Origin: an uncultured virus (IMG/VR IMGVR_UViG_3300020048_000046)
Taxonomy: Duplodnaviria; Heunggongvirae; Uroviricota; Caudoviricetes
DNA: 59,139 bases
Virus record (IMG/VR): IMGVR_UViG_3300020048_000046
Direction: 5' to 3' (one strand)
Shown here: positions 32,294 to 42,762 of the stretch, in pieces
Position numbering within the stretch: position 1 is the first letter of the stretch
Layout: each line of letters starts with the position of its first letter
Made by a program: the position numbers and the translations under genes
Notes under the pieces: generated by a model
Databases searched by the model: none
What the model saw: only the letters and a program-made list of their open reading frames with translations
What the model was told of the DNA's origin: nothing

Positions 32294-32347
32294 ATTCTAT
32301 TCTGATCGATATTCTTAAATATATATTATAAAAATAAGTAATAATAT

Positions 32348-32953
32348 ATGTCAACAGAAAAAACAGTTAATATAGCCATATTAACCACTGAAAATGATGA
32401 AACAATAGAAACTATCATTCAGCACTTTGAACCCTTTATAAACGCTAATATTACGTGTGTGATAACGAATAGTTCCGGTGATACATTATCAAATAAGATA
32501 CGTAGATATAAAACACCAATATATAAAAATATTACGATGTATAAACAAATAGATCAAATATTAACACATCATAATATTCATTATATTGTATTATCTAATT
32601 ATCTTGATAAAATACCTGTAAACTTTTGCAAAAAATATCAATATAAGATGATAAATCTACAATCATCATTGTTGCCAATTGGTGAAGGGTTATATGGCGA
32701 AAAATTATTTAGCACTATAAAAAATTCAGGAACTGATGTTACCGGTATAAGTGTTCATTTTGTAGAACCTGAATATAATACTGGAACCATAATTTTCAAG
32801 AAAGAAATTAAAATTGCTGAAGATGATACAGTAGATGATATTATATTAAAAACAAAAATATTAGAAAACAAGTATTATCCGATAGTGATAGAAAAAACAA
32901 TAAAAGGAACATATAAACAATTGTATGAAAAAGAAGAAGAAACAAATAGATAG
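32348..32953 (+). CDS. purN: PurN-like formyltransferase with degenerate catalytic residues
   Basis: CVITN, IVLSNYL, INLQSSLLP, GLYG, TGISVHFV...YNTGTII, E..YYP. Confidence 0.75.
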   Translation: MSTEKTVNIAILTTENDETIETIIQHFEPFINANITCVITNSSGDTLSNKIRRYKTPIYKNITMYKQIDQILTHHNIHYIVLSNYLDKIPVNFCKKYQYKMINLQSSLLPIGEGLYGEKLFSTIKNSGTDVTGISVHFVEPEYNTGTIIFKKEIKIAEDDTVDDIILKTKILENKYYPIVIEKTIKGTYKQLYEKEEETNR

Positions 32954-33314
32954 TGTTAAGAGAATAGAAGATGTTCAAGTATTATTACGAAAAAATAATT
33001 ATGATGAAGAAGCTATTACTGAATTTTGCATAATGGTAAAACCATTTTATGATTTTTATGATTATATGTTGGAAACGCATAAAATGGATTATGATATGGT
33101 TGAAAATGATTCTGGTAAATATTCGGAAGAATTATTTGATGAATATTTAGTACAGATGATGGCATCTGAAAAACCAATGGAATATATGATGGAAATTAGT
33201 GCAGATATTATGGCAAGATATGCTAAAAAATATGGTTATTCTGATCATGATAAAGTTAAAACATCACTAAAGAAATATACTGAATTAATGTTTATGTCAA
33301 AATTACCTAAATAA
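32925..33314 (+). CDS. hypothetical protein
   Basis: 129-aa ORF. Confidence 0.7.
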   Translation: MKKKKKQIDSVKRIEDVQVLLRKNNYDEEAITEFCIMVKPFYDFYDYMLETHKMDYDMVENDSGKYSEELFDEYLVQMMASEKPMEYMMEISADIMARYAKKYGYSDHDKVKTSLKKYTELMFMSKLPK

Positions 33315-33700
33315 TGATAAAACACTATTTTCTCAATGATCATAAATATTGGATTGAAACAAAAAATTATGATTATACTAAATTTAAAGTTGGTTCAGAA
33401 ATAATTTGTGTAAATGATTGTATTGTGTGTTATTCATCAACCCTTATGTTTGGTGAAATCACAAAAATAACAGAAATATTACCAAGTGATTTATTAAATA
33501 TGGCATCAGGTTCATATATAAGCTACTATAAAGATGGAAATATACGATATAAGGGAACAATAAGATTTGATCAAGAACATATTTATAATTCTGGTGTCAT
33601 TTTAACACAAAATCATCGGGATTGGCAGCAAAGATTTATATTATTGTCTGATTGGATAAAATTTCAAAGAAAAAATAAATTAGAAAGAATATTATATTAA
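33314..33700 (+). CDS. hypothetical protein with C-terminal basic tag
   Basis: Ends RKNKLERILY. Confidence 0.75.
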   Translation: MIKHYFLNDHKYWIETKNYDYTKFKVGSEIICVNDCIVCYSSTLMFGEITKITEILPSDLLNMASGSYISYYKDGNIRYKGTIRFDQEHIYNSGVILTQNHRDWQQRFILLSDWIKFQRKNKLERILY

Positions 33701-33701
33701 A

Positions 33702-33943
33702 ATGGACATTAGAAGTGGTTATCAATATCCATCAGGAGAGTTAAGTAATTTTTATTCCCACAACTTTATTTTTGATGGTGTTGAATGTAATAGTTTTGAA
33801 GGTTTTATTCAATCGATAACTCATAAAAATATTGAACGACAAAAAGAGGTTTGTTTATTTGTTGGTAGAGAAGCAAAAACAAAAGGTTATAAAAAATGGT
33901 TTATTGAAAATAAATTATATTGGAATGGGGTAGAATATGATAG
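33702..33943 (+). CDS. NADAR-family protein (T4 gp30.3-like), cut by the gap
   Basis: YPSGELSNFYSHNFIFDGVECNSFEGFIQS...G..AK..G...LYWNG. Confidence 0.75.
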
Positions 33944-33994
33944 NNNNNNNNNNNNNNNNNNNNNNNNNNNNNNNNNNNNNNNNNNNNNNNNNNN
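33944..33994. other. assembly gap
   Basis: Run of N joining two different genes. Confidence 1.
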
Positions 33995-34671
<677 letters not shown>

Positions 34672-34688
34672 AAAAAAAACAATTAAAT

Positions 34689-34900
34689 ATGGAAAGAAGC
34701 GAAATAAAAAAAATGTATGATATTTTTGAAGTTCAAATATTAAAAAAATAGCTGTAACAAATATGCAATATGAGGATGCCGCCTATCTAAGAGGACAAGA
34801 AAAATATTTAATGACTGATGATGGAAAGCTTTTTAGATCAACTGAAAGAGCCAAAGTAAAGGCAGAATTAAGAGTTGAAAAATTGAAAAGATTATTATAA
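34689..34900 (+). pseudogene. small UVR-motif protein with C-terminal basic tag, frameshifted in an A-run
   Basis: MERSEIKK...ILKK, then in another frame IAVTNMQYEDAAYLRGQEKYL...LRVEKLKRLL*. Confidence 0.55.
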
Positions 34901-34928
34901 AAAAAACCTCTCACACGAGAGGTTTTTT
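34901..34928. terminator. bidirectional intrinsic terminator
   Basis: AAAAAACCTCTC-ACAC-GAGAGGTTTTTT between convergent genes. Confidence 0.85.
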
Positions 34929-34932
34929 ATTT

Positions 34933-35958
34933 TTAGACTTGGGTAGTTTGTTGAGATTGTGTAGATTGTGGAGTTTCCTGTATCTTTTCTTCTTTATGTT
35001 CTTCATGATTATCATGACCGTCATGAGCAAGTATTTTAAATCCACCAATATCATCAATTACCATAATACCAGCAATAATTGTAGCTACCCATGCAATAAT
35101 TTTTATTAATGTGGCAATAAGTGGCACCGTTGCCAATCCAATTAAATCTATTAATCCTGTTTTTGCTAATCCTTTAATATTATATTCTAAAGCTATTCCA
35201 ATAAGTGCAGCAACAACAGGTAAGGCAAATTCTGGACCACCAACATTTTTTGTAAAATATGATACTGCTCCAATAATAGAATTTGCCCCTTTTTCCCCCA
35301 TTTCTTTAACTGTATTTAACCAACTAAATGGTGGTACTTTTTCTATACCATGTATCAATGTAGATATAACATTTTTTCCCATTTCTAAGGCTTCTGTAAC
35401 AGGTTTTCCATCTTCACTAGTTATAACTTTTGTTATACCATCAGAAACCTTTGATGAAATAATATCAACAAATTTATTCGTGTAAAAATCCAAAACACCT
35501 TTAAAAGTTAATAAATCTTTTTTTATACCCTCTTTTTTTTCTTTTAATAATCCATTTAATGAATCTTTAAATTTTTGATCAACTTTTAATTTGTCTTTTA
35601 TTTTTTGAACTGTATTTGTTAATATACTTTTGATATATTTATTTAATTGTGTAATTAAATTTTTAACAAAATCTACTGAACTTTTTGCGGCATCTATTAT
35701 AGTTTCTAAACTTTTTTTAGCAGCATCTGGTACATTTTTAACAACAGTTTTTGCTTTATCATAACGATCTTTTAATTTGTTGAAAAATTCACCCTCATTT
35801 AAAAACTGAGATAAATTACTATTTAAATTTTCAGATATTAATTCACGTTGTTTATTTGAGATTATGTCAGAATTATAATAAACATCAACAAAATGGTAGA
35901 ATAATTTTTCCTCATTTATTTTTATGCAAAAGTTATTGTAATTTGTTACGTGTTTCAT
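34933..35958 (-). CDS. N-tagged helical protein with hydrophobic C-terminal helices
   Basis: MKHVTNYNNF...INE; 2-3 hydrophobic segments near the C-terminus. Confidence 0.8.
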   Translation of the reverse strand: MKHVTNYNNFCIKINEEKLFYHFVDVYYNSDIISNKQRELISENLNSNLSQFLNEGEFFNKLKDRYDKAKTVVKNVPDAAKKSLETIIDAAKSSVDFVKNLITQLNKYIKSILTNTVQKIKDKLKVDQKFKDSLNGLLKEKKEGIKKDLLTFKGVLDFYTNKFVDIISSKVSDGITKVITSEDGKPVTEALEMGKNVISTLIHGIEKVPPFSWLNTVKEMGEKGANSIIGAVSYFTKNVGGPEFALPVVAALIGIALEYNIKGLAKTGLIDLIGLATVPLIATLIKIIAWVATIIAGIMVIDDIGGFKILAHDGHDNHEEHKEEKIQETPQSTQSQQTTQV

Positions 35959-36021
35959 ATATTTTATTATTTTTTATTGATACTATATATATATATATAT
36001 TATTTTTATATTTCAAAAAAA

Positions 36022-36612
36022 TTACATTAATCCCATATTTACAGCATTGAATAACCAATCGAATTCTTGTATTATTTCAAAAATATAACCAATAGGATAT
36101 AAATCTTTATATTTTTCTGGGGTATTTGTTAAAAAATCTTTTTGATATTCATATGTTCTAAATTTTTTTATTTGCTCCTGTGTATATACATCATACGACT
36201 CAAATAAAAATCTATTAATTATATCATATTTAATTGGGTTTTTCCAATTATTCTGATCACATTTTAATAGTGCAACAGATACCGGAATTTCTGGTAAATA
36301 TTCTAACATATTATCTGAACATATTAAAGATTCTAATGTTTGTGGTAATTCAGGTAAAATAGTTAATTTATTTTCTCCACAATATAATGTTGTCAATGTG
36401 TCAGGTAATTTTGGAAGTTCTATCAAACTATTATTATAGCAAGAAAGTATATCCAATTTTTTTGGCAATTCAGGTAATTTTTCAATAAATTTACAATTTG
36501 AGCAATCTATTTTTATAACATCATCATTAAATGGTAAATACCAATTTAATGCTTCTTTGTTTTTATAACTAACATCAATTTCAGTGTTTTCAAAGTATTT
36601 TAAATATTTCAT
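36022..36612 (-). CDS. leucine-rich repeat protein (IpaH/YopM-like LRR) with N-tag and C-module
   Basis: LPELP..L..L.C..N.L units; MKYLKYFEN; EFDWLFNAVNMGLM. Confidence 0.85.
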   Translation of the reverse strand: MKYLKYFENTEIDVSYKNKEALNWYLPFNDDVIKIDCSNCKFIEKLPELPKKLDILSCYNNSLIELPKLPDTLTTLYCGENKLTILPELPQTLESLICSDNMLEYLPEIPVSVALLKCDQNNWKNPIKYDIINRFLFESYDVYTQEQIKKFRTYEYQKDFLTNTPEKYKDLYPIGYIFEIIQEFDWLFNAVNMGLM

Positions 36613-36617
36613 ATTTT

Positions 36618-37157
36618 TTACATTAATTTCATATCAATAGCATTAAATAACCAATCAAATTCTTCTTTTATTCCTGGTGCGTACCCAAAGTATTCTAAGT
36701 CTTTATATTTTTCTGGATTTTCTGTTAGAAATTCTTTTTGGTATTCATAACTACATTTTTCTTTAATCTCATTCGCATCGGATATTAATTTATCTATATT
36801 TTTTAGTTCGTATGTCATTATATATTCTGGATTTAAATATGTATCATTATATTCATGGTATAATTCACGATATGTTGAAAAACTTGAATTCTTGTTTTTA
36901 TGTTCAATTTCATCATCGTCTTCCCAAATATAAAATAAAATATTTTCATTTTTTGAAATTTTCCAAACATTAAAAGGACTATTTGAATTTATATCCGGTA
37001 ATTCTCCATATATTGATATACTATCAAAATATTTTTTTATTTCTTCTACACATTCTTTAAAAAGTGTTTTATAATTTGTCAAATCCTCTTGTTCTCTGTG
37101 GTTTTTTATATATGTGTCCCAATCCTCTTGTTCATTATATTTTTTTATATATTTCAT
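36618..37157 (-). CDS. protein with N-tag and C-module
   Basis: MKYIKKYNE; EFDWLFNAIDMKLM. Confidence 0.8.
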   Translation of the reverse strand: MKYIKKYNEQEDWDTYIKNHREQEDLTNYKTLFKECVEEIKKYFDSISIYGELPDINSNSPFNVWKISKNENILFYIWEDDDEIEHKNKNSSFSTYRELYHEYNDTYLNPEYIMTYELKNIDKLISDANEIKEKCSYEYQKEFLTENPEKYKDLEYFGYAPGIKEEFDWLFNAIDMKLM

Positions 37158-37172
37158 ATTGTTTTTTATTTT

Positions 37173-38462
37173 TTACATTAATTTCATATCGATTGCATTG
37201 AATAACCAATCGAATTCATCTTTAATCCCAGGAGCAAACCCAACAATTTTTATATCTTCTAATAAATCTTTATATTTTTCCGGTGTATTTGTTAGAAAAT
37301 TTTTCTGATATTTATATGAAGCTAATTTTTGATATCTTTTAGCATCTTCTATTAATTTAATAATACTTCTCATAGAATAAAAATCTATATGTATTGGTTC
37401 ATTTGAATATTTCCCAGGTACAGTATATTTTTCATTTTTGTTTTTAATTTTTTTAAATATTGATAATTTTTCTAATGAATCATATTTATCATAATTATAA
37501 ATATATAATAATATATTTTCATTTTCTGATATTACCCACACATATTCTGGTATATATTTTTTATGAAAAAGTTCATCTAATTCTTTTACTGTATTTTCAT
37601 AACTTTCAGAATGATCTATATATGTTTCATAAATATTATCACTATTTGAAAAATTCCCATTATTTTCAATAGATTTTATATTTTCTGGATCAAATACTAT
37701 ATGTTCACTTCCGGCTATAATCCCATCAAATCCTAATTTTTTAATAACTTCTGTTACTTCTTTAGATCTTTCACCTAAATTTGTGATCCAATGCATTGAT
37801 TGATGATATTCATACCCATAATTATATTTTAAATTGTCCATATTTATACCATAATCATAAACTGAAATATTTGGATATGAATCTTTTTCTGTCATACGAT
37901 ATATATCTGTCACATCATTTAAATCTAATATGTTTTTATTTTTTAATCCATCCTCATCCATAAACATTTTCCAACCATTTGAATAACCATTTTTATGAAT
38001 CAATTCTAATAATCTTGCAGCTGTTTCATCTACATTTTTTATTTCATTATATAAACTATCATAATCTATTGAGCTTATTTTTTTATCGTCTATCCAATAA
38101 ATACCATTATCTTTCAATAAATCATAATTTTCATCTGATGGTATAAATGGATTTCTGATATTAAGATATACTTTCATAATAGTATTTCCATATGTTTTAG
38201 CTTCTCTAATATCATCTGAGAAATAAAAGCCATAACCATAATGACCATAGTTTCCGCTACCTTTTCCGATAGTTGTAATATCGAAAGTATCAAACTTCTC
38301 ATATGTGCCATGGTAACATATTTTTGGAGTACCATTTTCTGTTACCTTAGAGGATTTTTCTGGGTCATTTTTCCAATCTCCAAACCATTTTATAAAATTT
38401 GCACTATTTATTTGGTTTGTAGTATTATTTTCAAATAGATTATATGGTGTTATGTGTTTCAT
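37173..38462 (-). CDS. ART-PolyVal-like ADP-ribosyltransferase with C-module
   Basis: F.KWFGDW...SKV...G.P..CYHGT, GFYFS, VYLNIRNPF, GFDGI, E.IVFDPENIKS..NNGNF. Confidence 0.75.
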   Translation of the reverse strand: MKHITPYNLFENNTTNQINSANFIKWFGDWKNDPEKSSKVTENGTPKICYHGTYEKFDTFDITTIGKGSGNYGHYGYGFYFSDDIREAKTYGNTIMKVYLNIRNPFIPSDENYDLLKDNGIYWIDDKKISSIDYDSLYNEIKNVDETAARLLELIHKNGYSNGWKMFMDEDGLKNKNILDLNDVTDIYRMTEKDSYPNISVYDYGINMDNLKYNYGYEYHQSMHWITNLGERSKEVTEVIKKLGFDGIIAGSEHIVFDPENIKSIENNGNFSNSDNIYETYIDHSESYENTVKELDELFHKKYIPEYVWVISENENILLYIYNYDKYDSLEKLSIFKKIKNKNEKYTVPGKYSNEPIHIDFYSMRSIIKLIEDAKRYQKLASYKYQKNFLTNTPEKYKDLLEDIKIVGFAPGIKDEFDWLFNAIDMKLM

Positions 38463-39942
38463 TTATATTATTGTTGTTTTTGTCAAATTTCCCATTATTA
38501 CCAATAGCAGATTTTATTTGAGTTGGATTGAATACCGCATAGTTTATAGATTCAAATTCAAATGTTTTAAATCCATCATAATTATTATCAATTAAGTAAT
38601 TGTACATTTCATCTGATTCCATAATACCCCAGGAACCATAACTTAGTTGTTTTGTCCATTGGTAAGCATGTTCTGAAGCCACATCATGTGAATATCCGTC
38701 TGATATGCTTTTATCATATATCAGGGTATAAAAATAATCATCTATTTCATTTGATATATTATTTGTGTCAAATATTTTATTTATCTTTAAGTATACCGGC
38801 AAAACATTTCCATCTTTTGCCGTTGCATATCCACTTGCGAATTTAGGATCTGTGCTAAAAAATATTGGTTGTTTTCTTTTTGTCTTTGTTGCCATTTGTT
38901 TAATTGGTGGTTCAAATTCTGAAAAATCACCATATGTACCATGATAACATATTAGAGGGAAACCATTATCATCAACAACTTTACTAGCATGTTCCGAATC
39001 ATTTTCCCAATCTCCAAACCATTCTTTAAATTCCTTAGTATGAATTTGTATTTGTTGTTTTTTTGTCAATTTTGACTTATTCATATCAACTAAAGAAAAA
39101 TTATTATTTTCAAACGTCTTTTTATCATCTTCAATCTTTCTTCTTAATTCTTCAATAGCTTTATCTTTTGCATTTTTACGTCTTTTCTTGTTTTCACTTC
39201 CAAATAAATCTAAATTTGAATAATCTATATTCCACAGATAGAATTTAATCGTGTTGTTAGTGTGTATAATTACTCCATTGCTTGCATTATAAATAGATAT
39301 TGGATAATATAATGATTTTTCAAATTCTTTTTTAATATTTTCTTTATGTTGTTTATATTCTTTATTGTGTATCATTTCAGTATAGAATATATCTTTTAAT
39401 AATTCCATTGATAACATTTCTTCATATTCGTTATTTGTTTTATCAGATAATAATTCTGATATATATGAATTAATTCTTTTATCATTATCAGCCAAATTTT
39501 TACCATCAATAGTAATTTTTGATACCAATTCAATGGAATTATCTATAGCATTTAAAAAACCAATTATGTCTGATGTTTTAAAGCCAACTGATGTATCAAT
39601 TTTTAGGAGAATATAATCATCATAATAATTTACACTAATACCGGACCAATTATCTTCGTTATTTATAGCTGGGCTATGATTTGATACTCTTATATTTATT
39701 TCATTGTCTTTATTATCTGTAATTTCAAAATATTGAGATGATGTTGTTCTTGATTTATTCCAAATATATTTATATCGGTCTGATTTTTTATCAAGATAGT
39801 TTTTTATCCCTTTTGATAACATACTTGGATTAGTAGGGGTTTTTATAATAAATTTATCTGAAAATTTACCAAATTTATGGATATTTCCAGATTTTGATAT
39901 AGATATACTTTCAAATGTATTATATGCGATTATATGTTTCAT
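38440..39942 (-). CDS. multidomain protein with a C-terminal ART-PolyVal-like domain
   Basis: IRVSNH N-domain; FKEWFGDW...CYHGT, IFFS, PVYL, YDG, AVFNPTQIKSAIGNNGKF. Confidence 0.75.
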   Translation of the reverse strand: MKHIIAYNTFESISISKSGNIHKFGKFSDKFIIKTPTNPSMLSKGIKNYLDKKSDRYKYIWNKSRTTSSQYFEITDNKDNEINIRVSNHSPAINNEDNWSGISVNYYDDYILLKIDTSVGFKTSDIIGFLNAIDNSIELVSKITIDGKNLADNDKRINSYISELLSDKTNNEYEEMLSMELLKDIFYTEMIHNKEYKQHKENIKKEFEKSLYYPISIYNASNGVIIHTNNTIKFYLWNIDYSNLDLFGSENKKRRKNAKDKAIEELRRKIEDDKKTFENNNFSLVDMNKSKLTKKQQIQIHTKEFKEWFGDWENDSEHASKVVDDNGFPLICYHGTYGDFSEFEPPIKQMATKTKRKQPIFFSTDPKFASGYATAKDGNVLPVYLKINKIFDTNNISNEIDDYFYTLIYDKSISDGYSHDVASEHAYQWTKQLSYGSWGIMESDEMYNYLIDNNYDGFKTFEFESINYAVFNPTQIKSAIGNNGKFDKNNNNINETHNTI

Positions 39943-40606
39943 TTATATTATTGTTGTTTTTATCAAAATTTCCATTATTTCCGGTAGCAGATTTTATTTG
40001 ATTTGGGTAATATGCAACATATTCAACATAATTAATATCGCTCATACCTTTTTTTTCACTGTAATCAGGTTCACCAGAATTACTTATAATTCCATCATAC
40101 CCTTTATTTATTAAAAATGGTTGTATTTCAGAATATTTGTCTACACCTATATCTTGTTTAAATAATCCTTGATATACCGGACTTGTGTGTTTATAGTCAT
40201 TGCTTATAAATGGGTTTCGAATATTTAAAAACACTGGTAGTGTTTTAGTATTATCGTAATTAGAATATGAATCTGCATTATCTATATCATTTGTGAAATA
40301 AAATCCTTTACCTAAATATAAATTAGCATCACCACTACCATATGATTTACCATGTTTAAATTCTGTAAATATTGTAGTTGTACCATGATGACATATCAGT
40401 GGTTCTCCATTATCATCAATAACTTTAGAAGATTTTTCTGGATCATTTTCCCAATCCCCAAACCAATCAATAAACTCCGGTGTTCTAACCTGCAACCATT
40501 GTTTTTTATTTAGATTAGACTTTTTACCATTCGGTGCCAATAAAATTTCTGTATCTTGAATAGTTTCATGTAATTTAAAATTTGTATAATTTATTAAATA
40601 TTTCAT
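39920..40606 (-). CDS. ART-PolyVal-like ADP-ribosyltransferase
   Basis: LAPNGKKSNL..QWLQVRTPEF.DWFGDWE, CHHGT, GFYFT, GYDGI, EYVAYYPNQIKSATGNNGNF. Confidence 0.8.
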   Translation of the reverse strand: MKYLINYTNFKLHETIQDTEILLAPNGKKSNLNKKQWLQVRTPEFIDWFGDWENDPEKSSKVIDDNGEPLICHHGTTTIFTEFKHGKSYGSGDANLYLGKGFYFTNDIDNADSYSNYDNTKTLPVFLNIRNPFISNDYKHTSPVYQGLFKQDIGVDKYSEIQPFLINKGYDGIISNSGEPDYSEKKGMSDINYVEYVAYYPNQIKSATGNNGNFDKNNNNINETYNRI

Positions 40607-40607
40607 A

Positions 40608-41384
40608 TTATATTTTTCCTTTTATTACAGAATTTATAAAATTATTATTTCTATCATTATATAAATCAAATTCGACATTGTATTTATTTGATAAAAGCAT
40701 TATTTTTTTTTCTAATTCTGTTTCATTTATTTTATCTACTATTATTACGGCTAATGATATTTCACAATGTTCATCATCACTAAAATCTTGCATATATGGG
40801 ATTATACCATAATTTGATTTTTTTTGTAAATCTAATAAAGCAGTATAAAATATTTTTTGGGTGTTTTTATTCGTGGAATCTTCGAAATTTGAATTATGAC
40901 ATACAAACTCTAATTCCTTATATGTATATTGGTTATCTTCTTTTAAGTATTTTACATTATTTCTTAAATCTATAAACATTCCACCATCTGATTCTTCAGT
41001 ATTTATATCATTAAACCCAATATTCTTATAAAAAAGATATAATTTAGTATTTTCACCTTCAAAACCCAAACCATTATCAACTCTTAATGTAAATATGTCT
41101 GCCCCCAATTGTTTAGCTTTTTTAATCATAGCCTCAATAGCTATTTTTCCATAACCCTTATAAATATCATTTTCACCATATCCCTGTCTTGAAACACTGA
41201 CCAAATAAAATTCTTTTTTTGCCCATAATGGTAAATTCTCACTAAATAAATCACCACTATAAATACCATAAGCTTCAGTATCACCAACAGTTAAATAAAA
41301 ATCATCACCAGATTGAATTATGTTCGGTATTATAATATCATTCTTATTTTCATTAAAGTCTATATATGTCCTTAAATATTTCAT
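40608..41384 (-). CDS. N-tagged protein with a GNAT-like domain
   Basis: Likely start MKYLRTYIDFNE; YKGYGK and L..FYKNIGF. Confidence 0.65.
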   Translation of the reverse strand: MKYLRTYIDFNENKNDIIIPNIIQSGDDFYLTVGDTEAYGIYSGDLFSENLPLWAKKEFYLVSVSRQGYGENDIYKGYGKIAIEAMIKKAKQLGADIFTLRVDNGLGFEGENTKLYLFYKNIGFNDINTEESDGGMFIDLRNNVKYLKEDNQYTYKELEFVCHNSNFEDSTNKNTQKIFYTALLDLQKKSNYGIIPYMQDFSDDEHCEISLAVIIVDKINETELEKKIMLLSNKYNVEFDLYNDRNNNFINSVIKGKI

Positions 41385-41422
41385 ATTTCTATATATTATT
41401 TTTTTTATATCGAAAAATATAT

Positions 41423-41430
41423 TACCTTTG
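41423..41430 (+). promoter_or_regulatory. Bacteroidota-type -7 promoter box
   Basis: TACCTTTG upstream of the ATG at 41444. Confidence 0.6.
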
Positions 41431-41443
41431 CAAAAAATATAAT

Positions 41444-42076
41444 ATGAACACAAAAATATTGTTTGTTTTATTGTTTATCTCTTCAACTATATATGCTCAG
41501 GATAGTATAGTTAAAAAAGATACATTGGTTTCAAACATTGTTGGAATTTTTAGTATAAGATCACCAAGAATAGAAACGTGTAATTTTGATTATCTGTTGG
41601 GTCATTCATTAGATATGAAGTATAAAAAAACGTCATTATCATATAATATATCTTTTGAAAGACAAAATGATATTATTTATCTTTCACATCAAGAAAAAAT
41701 TGATTTTAGTGTTTTTAAAAACTTTTCGTGTCAAGTTCAGGATTATTTAGATGAAGATAAAACTATTCATTTTTCAAATATATCTTTATATTATGAAAAA
41801 AAATATTTTAAAATTGGATTATGTGAATCATATGAATACTATAAAAAAACAAATTATACTAATATTTATTTATCGTTCAAATATAAATTTATAAGTATTG
41901 AATCATTTTTATCTAATAATGAATATGCAAACAAGATTATGATTAATATTAACCCTCAAATAAGAGCATATAAGGATCTTTATATTGGAATTAAAGGAAA
42001 CTATCTATACAGTAATTTGAAGTACTCATATCAACTCTTAATGAGTTTAAATCTTAAATTAAATAGATCATTATGA
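41444..42076 (+). CDS. secreted, possibly outer-membrane beta-barrel-like protein
   Basis: Signal peptide MNTKILFVLLFISSTIYA-Q; aromatic-rich amphipathic strands. Confidence 0.65.
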   Translation: MNTKILFVLLFISSTIYAQDSIVKKDTLVSNIVGIFSIRSPRIETCNFDYLLGHSLDMKYKKTSLSYNISFERQNDIIYLSHQEKIDFSVFKNFSCQVQDYLDEDKTIHFSNISLYYEKKYFKIGLCESYEYYKKTNYTNIYLSFKYKFISIESFLSNNEYANKIMININPQIRAYKDLYIGIKGNYLYSNLKYSYQLLMSLNLKLNRSL

Positions 42077-42258
42077 GAGTAATTTTAACTATTGAGGATA
42101 TTGTATTATTATCTAAACCTAAACTTATTAGATTAAGAAAAAAATACATTAAAAAACACAAAAGATTATCGGATTTATTATTGACCTTAAAAGATTTTAA
42201 AATTCCCACAAATGAAATTACACTAAATGCAATATATGAAAAAAATGCAAATATATAA
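42073..42258 (+). CDS. small basic hypothetical protein
   Basis: 61-aa ORF coupled to the previous gene. Confidence 0.55.
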   Translation: MRVILTIEDIVLLSKPKLIRLRKKYIKKHKRLSDLLLTLKDFKIPTNEITLNAIYEKNANI

Positions 42259-42410
42259 AAATATGGATTCAAATATATTTTGGTTTATAAGAATGAAATA
42301 TGAATTTAATTACGATACTCACCATCCTCATACAAGTTTTTTCCAATGGAAAAACAGGATTTTTATAGAGAACAATATAAAAGAAAACAAAAATTAAAAA
42401 GGATATTAAA

Positions 42411-42440
42411 AAAAAATCAACTCAATTGAGTTGATTTTTT
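42411..42440. terminator. palindromic bidirectional terminator
   Basis: AAAAAATCAACTCAATTGAGTTGATTTTTT between convergent genes. Confidence 0.8.
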
Positions 42441-42443
42441 TTA

Positions 42444-42710
42444 TTATTTTTCTTCGCCACAAATAATCTTTTTGATTTCATCAAGTTCTTTTGTTGCACC
42501 TTTTCCTTTAACCCAATATTTTTTAATATTTTCGAAGAATTCTTTTTTCTTATCTTCGGATAATTTGGATGGTGATTGTACATCATAGCACTCAAGCATA
42601 TGCTTAAAGTATTTTCTATACTCTTTTTGTAACTCAGATAATTCTTCGTTAAGAATATTAGTTGGTTCAGAGTTTACATTTTCATTAAATTGGTTCCAAT
42701 TTTTAATCAT
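42444..42710 (-). CDS. N-tagged small protein
   Basis: MIKNWNQFNE; AATATATA upstream on the minus strand. Confidence 0.75.
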   Translation of the reverse strand: MIKNWNQFNENVNSEPTNILNEELSELQKEYRKYFKHMLECYDVQSPSKLSEDKKKEFFENIKKYWVKGKGATKELDEIKKIICGEEK

Positions 42711-42762
42711 GATTCTTAATTATTTTTTTAGTATATATTAATTATTTATATCCATTTTTTTT

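Noticed and set aside
35111..35485. Short opposite-strand ORFs in the track (e.g. 845, 1885, 3114, 4955, 14290, 35111, 43827, 57580)
   Set aside because: They overlap better-supported genes and lack motifs; treated as shadow ORFs.
35984..36001. (TA)n microsatellites here and near 49043-49060
   Set aside because: Short and expected in AT-rich DNA; considered only as part of the possible AATATATA promoter.
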